Source: an uncultured Bacilli bacterium (lineage in GTDB: Bacteria > Bacillota_I > Bacilli_A > RF39 > UBA660). Taken from it: 64,000 bases of DNA. Both the position numbers and the translations under genes were made by a program. Below the pieces are notes generated by a model that had not been told where the DNA came from, made no database searches, and worked only from the letters and a program-made list of their open reading frames with translations. How positions within the stretch are numbered: position 1 is the stretch's first letter; every line of letters starts with the position of its first letter. Shown here one piece after another: positions 57,207 through 64,000 of the stretch. The DNA lies in NCBI GenBank assembly GCA_944358455.1, contig CALVRE010000042.1:299-64298 (forward strand), given 5' to 3'.

Positions 57207-59413
57207 ATTAATTCCTCCTTTGATAACTGACTAGAAGCAATTTCATAATAAGTAGGACAATTTTTGAGTAACTCTTCATGAGTACCCTTTCCTACGATTT
57301 CACCACGATCGAGAACGATGATTTGATCCGCATTCATGATCGTACTGATACGCTGAGCAACAATTAAAACGGTACTATTTTTCGTATAATCTTTGAGTGC
57401 TGCGCGTAAAGTCGCATCGGTCTTAAAGTCTAAAGCTGAAAAACTATCGTCGAAGATATAAACATCTGGTTTTTTCACTAAAGCACGGGCAATACTCAAA
57501 CGTTGTCTTTGTCCTCCTGATACATTGGTGCCGCCTTGAGCAATTTCGCTATCGTATTTCTTTTCTTTACTTTCGATAAATTCCGTTGCTTGGGCAACTT
57601 CTGCAGCCTTTTTAATTTCTTTCTTCGTCGCTTCTGGACGTCCATATCGTAAATTTGAATCGATCGTTCCGGATAATAATACTCCTTTTTGTGGAATATA
57701 ACCAATTACTTCACGTAAATCATGCATCGTAACATCACGAACATCGACACCATTTACTAATACTTTTCCCCCTGTCACATCAAAGAAACGAGGGATCAAA
57801 TTAATCAGAGTACTTTTCCCACTTCCAGTAGATCCGATAAAGGCCGTAGTCTTACCAGGTTCTGCCACAAAACTAATGTGATGTAAGACATCTTCTTCTG
57901 CATCAGCATAGCGGAAATTGACATTTTGAAATTCTACATATCCTTTTTTCTTAGAATCGAATTTTTTCGGATCGGTAGGATCGGTAATCACAAGTTTGGT
58001 CTCCAATACTTCTTCAATACGACGACCAGATACACTGGCACGTGGAACCATGATGAACATGACAGCGATCATCAAGAACGACATGATAATTTGCATTGCG
58101 TATTGCATGAAGGCCATCATATCTCCTACTTGCATACCACTGGATTCAATTTGATGTGCACCTACCCAAACAATCAAAAGAACAACACCATTCATGATCA
58201 AATTCATAGCTGGCATCATAAAGGTCATGATGCGATTGATAAACAAATTCGTCTTCGATAAATTTTTATTCGCTTCATCAAAACGATTCTCTTCAAATTT
58301 TTGTGTTCCGAAAGCACGAATGACCAAAATTCCGTTTAAGTTTTCACGAGCAACTAAGTTCAAGCGATCGATCAACTTTTGCATTTTGTTAAATTTTGGC
58401 ATAGCAATCGCAAAAATTACCATAATTAAACAGATCAACACGATAACCGCCAAAGCGATAATCCAACTCATCGATGTACTCTTGGCAAGTGCCATAAAAA
58501 TTCCACCGATTCCCATGATTGGCGCATAACAAATCATACGCAATCCCATGACAATTAACATTTGAACTTGGGTAATATCGTTAGTTGTACGTGTGATTAA
58601 GGATGCTGGACCATATTGTTTCATTTCGACATTGGAGAAATCTTCTACTTTTTCGAATACCGATCTACGAAGATCACGAGCAAAACCAGTACCAATACGA
58701 GAAGCCAAGAAGCCAACTAAAACTGCCGTTAGAGCAATGATAAGAGCAAGGCCAAGCATTTTAGCTCCTGTCAAAATGATATAATTTTGTTGGATTTGAT
58801 CCGTATCGACACCTAATTCTTGATAGAACATCTTGACAAATACAGGTCCTACCTGACTTGCTAAAGAAGATGTACTAGAACTACTTTCTTCGATCAAGGC
58901 TTCGATTTTCTCTTGAGGTATCGTTTGTAGCATTGGGATCATTTCATAGATCGCTTCTATATGAATCGATGAACCATCCGTCACATCGGCGTTTTCAGAC
59001 TGCATCATTTCTTCTGAAAGACTCGTAAACGACATCATCGCTGTACTAAAAATAGTATTCAACTCTTCCTTGTCATGATCACTTTTCAGTACATAGATAT
59101 CCTCTTCTTCTAACTTTGGATAATCCTCTAAATAGTTTGTATAAGCTTCATGATCCTTGGTAATGAGTTCATAAGAATCCGCTACTGTTTGTCGGTCTTC
59201 TTCCGTCATGAAGATCGTAAGTAACTCATAACCTTTTTGATCGATTGCCTTTGGTGCTGATTCGGTAATACCACCTTGTTGCAATCCGACATTGATAATA
59301 TCAGACATATAATTTGGCAAACTCAAATCGCAAATTGCTTGCACAAAAAGCAAAATCACAACTAAAACCAATTGCTTCCAATAAGGTTTTAAATAAGATA
59401 ACACTTTTTTCAT
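57203..59413 (-). CDS. ABC exporter, fused permease and ATPase (partner A), with a ~190-aa extracytoplasmic insertion after TM1
   Basis: The nucleotide-binding domain has GSTGSGKST and VSGGQRQRLSIARAL. Confidence 0.9.
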   Translation of the reverse strand: MKKVLSYLKPYWKQLVLVVILLFVQAICDLSLPNYMSDIINVGLQQGGITESAPKAIDQKGYELLTIFMTEEDRQTVADSYELITKDHEAYTNYLEDYPKLEEEDIYVLKSDHDKEELNTIFSTAMMSFTSLSEEMMQSENADVTDGSSIHIEAIYEMIPMLQTIPQEKIEALIEESSSSTSSLASQVGPVFVKMFYQELGVDTDQIQQNYIILTGAKMLGLALIIALTAVLVGFLASRIGTGFARDLRRSVFEKVEDFSNVEMKQYGPASLITRTTNDITQVQMLIVMGLRMICYAPIMGIGGIFMALAKSTSMSWIIALAVIVLICLIMVIFAIAMPKFNKMQKLIDRLNLVARENLNGILVIRAFGTQKFEENRFDEANKNLSKTNLFINRIMTFMMPAMNLIMNGVVLLIVWVGAHQIESSGMQVGDMMAFMQYAMQIIMSFLMIAVMFIMVPRASVSGRRIEEVLETKLVITDPTDPKKFDSKKKGYVEFQNVNFRYADAEEDVLHHISFVAEPGKTTAFIGSTGSGKSTLINLIPRFFDVTGGKVLVNGVDVRDVTMHDLREVIGYIPQKGVLLSGTIDSNLRYGRPEATKKEIKKAAEVAQATEFIESKEKKYDSEIAQGGTNVSGGQRQRLSIARALVKKPDVYIFDDSFSALDFKTDATLRAALKDYTKNSTVLIVAQRISTIMNADQIIVLDRGEIVGKGTHEELLKNCPTYYEIASSQLSKEELM

Positions 59414-59423
59414 ATTTCCTCCT

Positions 59424-60032
59424 CTATTTATATAATCCTTCTTTTAATAAATACATTTCATTCTTTTGACGACGTTTGGCCTCGTCTAACGTAACGTTAC
59501 CTTTCAAAAGTAGCATCAAAGAATGAATGGTTACCATTTGTAAAAGATGAAAGAGATCCCATACTGTAATTCCATCTTTTAAATTGAGCTTAGAAGTATC
59601 AATTTTGGTTAATAGCTCATCACGAAGTCGGGTTCTTTCTTCTAGTGGCATCTTAGGAAACAAAAAACTTTCGGAACGAAAATCGAGATTGGCAATCACT
59701 TTTCGAAAAAATGGCATTTCCGCTTGGTAATAATGATCCAACATATAATCAAACACATTGATAAACATCTCGATCAAATCCCCACCATGATCGTCTAAAG
59801 TATGAATCATGACTTGATAAAGAGTTTCTTGATAATGTTTAAGCAAATAGAAATAAATATCTTCTTTGCTCTCGAAATACATATAGAAACTACCTCTAGA
59901 AATACCCGCATCCTTGATCATTTGATTGATCGATGCTTCGTGGAATGATGCTTTGGTAAATTCTCGTTTCGCGGCTTCTAACAAAGCTTCTTGTTTTTCG
60001 ACCGGTAAGCGAAAGAACGTTTGACTTGGCAT
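59424..60032 (-). CDS. TetR/AcrR-family transcriptional regulator
   Basis: HTH ASINQMIKDAGISRGSFYMYFESKEDIY. Confidence 0.85.
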   Translation of the reverse strand: MPSQTFFRLPVEKQEALLEAAKREFTKASFHEASINQMIKDAGISRGSFYMYFESKEDIYFYLLKHYQETLYQVMIHTLDDHGGDLIEMFINVFDYMLDHYYQAEMPFFRKVIANLDFRSESFLFPKMPLEERTRLRDELLTKIDTSKLNLKDGITVWDLFHLLQMVTIHSLMLLLKGNVTLDEAKRRQKNEMYLLKEGLYK

Positions 60033-60108
60033 ATGACACTACCTTTCTATTATATGATACTTTTAGGCAACGTTTCCATTATATATGACAAGTTGTCACA
60101 TTGTCAAT

Positions 60109-60134
60109 ACAAAAAAGAAAGGTTTTACCCTTTC
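60109..60134 (-). terminator. Rho-independent terminator after fhs
   Basis: GAAAGG-loop-CCTTTC followed by TTTTTT on the minus strand. Confidence 0.5.
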
Positions 60135-60153
60135 CCACAATTTTCCATAATCT

Positions 60154-61818
60154 TTAAAATAATCCTGTAATAATTCCATTCTGATCAATATCCATATGAA
60201 GATAAGCAGGATTTTTCCCAAGACCTGGCATCGTCATAATACTTCCCATATAAACGACAATAAAGCCTGCTCCACTACATACTTTTAAATCCCGTACGGT
60301 CAACGAGTATCCTGATACCTCTCCAATCTTTTTGGGATCATCACTCAAAGAATACTGCGTTTTGGCAACACAAATAGGTAAATGGGAATATCCCATTTCT
60401 TCTATTTTTCGAAGACTTTTTAAAGCTTCTTCTTCGTAATGAACATCTTCGGCACGATAAATTTCGTGTGCAAGTAAAGCGATTTTATCCGTAATCGATA
60501 ACTGGTCTTCATATAATAGTTGAAACTGAGATGGTTCCTCACACAGTTTTATAATCTCTTTCGCTAAAGAGGTGGCACCTTCTCCACCTTTTCTAAATGT
60601 TTCGCTCACCTCGCATGGTACTCCTAACCCACGTACGTATTCTTTTAATGCCTTAATCTCTTCTTCACTATCCGTATGGAACTGATTGATACAGACGATG
60701 ACATGGTTGGAATACTTCTTCATATTTTCAATATGAACACGAATATTATCCATACCCGCTTTCAAATAATCGACACTTGGTGTTTTTAGATCTTCTTTGG
60801 GCATATGTCCATTGTATTTTAGACTACGAATAGTAGCATTCACTACGACAACATCTGGTTTTAATCCAGCTTTACGGCATTTGATATCAAAAAACTTCTC
60901 TGCTCCTAAATCAGCCCCAAATCCTGCTTCGGTTACCACATAATCGCCCAACTTCAATCCTAATTTCGTTGCAATAATCGAGTTACACCCATGCGCAATA
61001 TTAGCAAATGGTCCTCCATGAATGATGGCCGGATGATGTTCTAGTGTTTGAACCAAATTGGGCTTGATGGCATCTTTTAAAAGAACGGTCATAGCCCCTG
61101 CTACTTTTAAGTCACGTGCGTAAATAGGTTTTTCATCATACGTATAAGCAACTAAAATATTCCCTAATTTTTCCTTTAGATCTTCTAGATTTTCCGCCAA
61201 GCATAAAATAGCCATAATTTCGGTTGCAACCGTAATTACAAAAGAATCTTTTCTTTCAATTCCACTGTTTTTCCCTTCTCCAATCGTAATATGACGAAGA
61301 GAACGATCATTCATGTCCAGTGCTCTAGGAAAAACAATGGTATTCGGATCGATATTCAATTCATTTCCCTGAAATAAATGATTATCTAAAGCTGCACATA
61401 ATAGATTGTTTGCCGAAGTGATCGCATGCATATCACCAGTAAAATGAAGATTGATATTCTCCATTGGAGCTACTTGCGAATAACCACCACCAGTTGCTCC
61501 TCCCTTGATTCCAAAAACAGGTCCCAAAGATGGTTCTCGTAACACGACGATACTATTTTTTCCTAACTTACAAAGAGCATCATCAATGCCGATACTCATC
61601 GTCGTCTTTCCTTCCCCAAAAGGCGTCGGATTGATGCTCGTCACTAAAATTAAATGTCCGTTTTCACGCTTTTTCTCCTCTTCCATGATCGCTAAATCCA
61701 ATTTGGCCATATAATGACCATATGGTTCGACAAAGGATGGATCAATTTCCAACATATTCGCTACTTCCATAATGGGAAGTAATTTTGTTTCATTACTAAT
61801 TTCAATATCCGTCTTCAT
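60154..61818 (-). CDS. fhs: Formate--tetrahydrofolate ligase
   Basis: 554 aa, with PTPFGEGKTT. Confidence 0.95.
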   Translation of the reverse strand: MKTDIEISNETKLLPIMEVANMLEIDPSFVEPYGHYMAKLDLAIMEEEKKRENGHLILVTSINPTPFGEGKTTMSIGIDDALCKLGKNSIVVLREPSLGPVFGIKGGATGGGYSQVAPMENINLHFTGDMHAITSANNLLCAALDNHLFQGNELNIDPNTIVFPRALDMNDRSLRHITIGEGKNSGIERKDSFVITVATEIMAILCLAENLEDLKEKLGNILVAYTYDEKPIYARDLKVAGAMTVLLKDAIKPNLVQTLEHHPAIIHGGPFANIAHGCNSIIATKLGLKLGDYVVTEAGFGADLGAEKFFDIKCRKAGLKPDVVVVNATIRSLKYNGHMPKEDLKTPSVDYLKAGMDNIRVHIENMKKYSNHVIVCINQFHTDSEEEIKALKEYVRGLGVPCEVSETFRKGGEGATSLAKEIIKLCEEPSQFQLLYEDQLSITDKIALLAHEIYRAEDVHYEEEALKSLRKIEEMGYSHLPICVAKTQYSLSDDPKKIGEVSGYSLTVRDLKVCSGAGFIVVYMGSIMTMPGLGKNPAYLHMDIDQNGIITGLF

Positions 61819-61927
61819 TTTCTCATCTCCTATCTCTAGTATACGCTAGAAACGATCATTTTACAAATCCTAATTGTGACAAAACTGTTAGAAAAAAGTC
61901 ATCATCTCGTCACGATAACTTGTTAGA

Positions 61928-62752
61928 ATGGACATGGTGATATCAATGAAACGAAAACGTCTTACCCAAATATTTCCCTTTCTTTTACCACTTCGTGTGC
62001 GTGAAAAAGAATTTTTCTACCATCTTCGTCTCAAAATGAATGGAAATTATGCCAGTATCAAAAGAGAAAATGTCTTTCACGAAGAGGTTACACACAAACG
62101 AGTTTTACTCATCAACGAAGATAGTGGTTACGATATCGAATACCAGTACAACAAACGCGACAACATTAAAATAGCTGGTAAAAAAATCAATCGTGTGATT
62201 ATTAAACCTGGAGAGGTCTTTTCATTTTGGTACTTGGTAGGAAAAATAAGCGCTAAAAATGGCTATAAAAAGGGATTATGTATTTCTGATGGAAAAATGA
62301 CTTACGCTTATGGCGGTGGATTATGCTTACTTAGCAATTTCCTTTTCGAACTATTTTTAGAAACACCACTCACCATTCAAGAACGACATCCACATGCTTA
62401 CGAATCATTTCGCCCTAAAGAAGGTGACATTCTAGGAACCGATGCGACGATCGTAAGTGGTTGGCTCGATCTAAAAATGAAAAATAATACGAATATGACT
62501 TTCCAAATTCTAATTGAAACCGATGACCAATATTTATATGGTGCGATTCTAAGTAACCATCTTATGCCTTACCATTACAAGATTGTGGAAGAAAATGGAA
62601 CTTATCTAAAAAATCAAGATGAAATTTATTATGATAACGATATTATCAAAGAATGGTATCACAAAGAAACGAACATACTCGCCAAAAGAGAATTCCTATA
62701 TCACTCACATATTTTAATCCGCTATCCTGTAACAGAAAAAGACTTATCTTAA
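61928..62752 (+). CDS. VanW-family protein
   Basis: PGEVFSFW and GGGLCLLSN motifs. Confidence 0.75.
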   Translation: MDMVISMKRKRLTQIFPFLLPLRVREKEFFYHLRLKMNGNYASIKRENVFHEEVTHKRVLLINEDSGYDIEYQYNKRDNIKIAGKKINRVIIKPGEVFSFWYLVGKISAKNGYKKGLCISDGKMTYAYGGGLCLLSNFLFELFLETPLTIQERHPHAYESFRPKEGDILGTDATIVSGWLDLKMKNNTNMTFQILIETDDQYLYGAILSNHLMPYHYKIVEENGTYLKNQDEIYYDNDIIKEWYHKETNILAKREFLYHSHILIRYPVTEKDLS

Positions 62753-63375
62753 GTCTTTTCTTTTTTTATAATGTAAACTTTCTGATTCGTATAGAATGCA
62801 TAAAATACTTCTTTTAAATCAATTTGTTTCTTTTTTAATACATTCATAAGCCACGAAACATCTTTTCTTATTTCTTGTATCTTTTCTTGATCAATGTGAC
62901 CATCTACGATTAGTGGTAATGGCTGATCGTGCGTATTTCGCAAAATTGATAATTGTCCGTTGGTTTTTAAAATTGCACAGGGAACTTCTTCAATGCTATG
63001 ATACCCTTGTTCATGAAGATCCGACAATAGCTGATCAAAACTGTAGTGCAAACTTGCCATCTCTTTAAAATTCAAAGTTCCATCTTTAATGATCACAGTT
63101 GGTTTTCTATCGATCCAATTACGTAGTCTTCGACTATGCTCCATCCCGTAATGAAATAAAAATTGCAATATGATTAGAATGGCGATGGGAATCAATAACA
63201 TCCATAAAAAACGGTCATTTATAATGAGCATAAAAAAGAATAATTCGACTATTAATAAACTTACTAAAAATTCTATCATCGTAAGTTTTCCTACCTCTTT
63301 TTTATCAATCATACGATCAATCAGAACGATCAAAACATATAGAACAATTGTCTTTGCAATTATGATCAGATACAT
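62749..63375 (-). CDS. DUF421 (YetF/YdfS-like) membrane protein
   Basis: An N-terminal TM domain is followed by a C-terminal YetF-like domain. Confidence 0.7.
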   Translation of the reverse strand: MYLIIIAKTIVLYVLIVLIDRMIDKKEVGKLTMIEFLVSLLIVELFFFMLIINDRFLWMLLIPIAILIILQFLFHYGMEHSRRLRNWIDRKPTVIIKDGTLNFKEMASLHYSFDQLLSDLHEQGYHSIEEVPCAILKTNGQLSILRNTHDQPLPLIVDGHIDQEKIQEIRKDVSWLMNVLKKKQIDLKEVFYAFYTNQKVYIIKKEKT

Positions 63376-63532
63376 AATATCACCTATTTTATATTGTACA
63401 AAGGTAAATCAAAATATCCAAACAAATTTTGACATTAATTTACCTCACGATCACCCAATCTTCTTATGAAAATACCCTTTTCGATGGTATAAAAAAAATT
63501 TCGCATCATACATTTTATTAGGAGGAATTACG

Positions 63533-63913
63533 ATGCATTATATTTTTGAATTAAAGAAATTAGGAAAAGCATTCTTATATTTATTAGGCTTTTTATTTGT
63601 TTTAACTTTCTTAATGACGGTCTTACATTATTTTCATATTATTCCATATCAATTCGTAACCATTTTAAAATTAGTGATTCCCATTCTTTCTCTTTTCGTT
63701 GGTGGTTTTGTTTTAGCAAAGAATTCCAAAGAAAAAGGTTGGTTAGAAGGAATTAAAATAGGACTTATTTTTCTAGTGATACTAGTGTTATTTAACTATT
63801 TAGGACTCCACAAAAGTTTTCAATGGAAAGATCTTATTTATTATTTCATTCTACTCGTTGGTAGTCTCTTTGGAGGCATGGTAGGAATCAATTTTACGTC
63901 AAAAGAAAAATAA
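63533..63913 (+). CDS. Small polytopic membrane protein (TIGR04086/YrzE-like)
   Basis: 126 aa with four TM helices. RBS is AGGAGG. Confidence 0.55.
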   Translation: MHYIFELKKLGKAFLYLLGFLFVLTFLMTVLHYFHIIPYQFVTILKLVIPILSLFVGGFVLAKNSKEKGWLEGIKIGLIFLVILVLFNYLGLHKSFQWKDLIYYFILLVGSLFGGMVGINFTSKEK

Positions 63914-64000
63914 ACTAGCTAGCTAGTTTATTTTTTTGTCGAATTAAGACTCTTTCGTATAGTACGTTTTCATAAATTCTTCTTTATATTCTAACACACG

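Noticed and set aside
1-64000. Possibility that the genome uses genetic code 4 (TGA = Trp), prompted by the in-frame TGA in comEA and the AT-rich composition
   Set aside because: All large conserved genes (mutS, smc, dnaG, comEC, fhs, the ABC exporters) are intact with TGG-encoded Trp and no internal TGA. ylbL and one ABC gene terminate at TGA, and the ylbL TGA is followed directly by a terminator. Standard code 11 therefore applies, and the comEA TGA is a local event.
1-64000. CRISPR arrays, IS elements, integrases or prophage genes
   Set aside because: No direct-repeat/spacer periodicity, transposase or recombinase-like ORF was found in any frame. The only mobile-looking signal is the tRNA-adjacent helicase islet and its AT-rich border.

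Overview
This is a low-GC (about 30%) chromosomal segment from a spore-forming Firmicute. I did not try to pin the taxon; sporulation genes, a YjcZ-type peptide and TGA used as a stop all fit standard code 11.

The backbone is housekeeping and mostly minus-strand: mnmA, the nusB-xseA-xseB block, mutS, ylbL/ylbJ, trmK-sigA-dnaG, uvdE, ftsW-family, def, ylmH-like, smc, a two-component pair, uppP, a TetR plus heterodimeric ABC exporter, fhs, vanW and a DUF421 gene. Sporulation genes are spoIIM-like, spoIVB, ylbJ and a YjcZ-like peptide.

There is a scattered competence/type IV pilus-like gene set. It comprises a ComGA/PilB-type ATPase, a PilC/GspF with an unusual N-terminal extension, a PilD prepilin peptidase, two pseudopilins, and comEA-comEC. 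The comEA membrane anchor is separated from the rest of the gene by an in-frame TGA.

Two accessory-looking loci stand out:
1. At the left edge, two tandem diverged paralogs of an SF1/UvrD-like helicase. Each carries an inserted Vsr/DUF559-like putative nuclease module and a C-terminal topoisomerase-type Zn ribbon. They bracket tRNA-Pro(CGG), a ZIP transporter and a 4-Cys protein, and are followed by a 600-bp AT-rich gap and an XRE regulator.
2. A TasA/camelysin-like secreted-fibre locus (30.7-35.9 kb). It has two monocistronic paralogous TasA-like genes, a gene encoding a CPBP intramembrane protease fused to a SipW-like signal peptidase I, a bitopic membrane protein, and a T/N-rich surface protein. 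All three secreted proteins share a conserved signal-peptide cleavage-region motif.

No CRISPR array, transposase or integrase was seen. Most intergenic hairpins are ordinary Rho-independent terminators.
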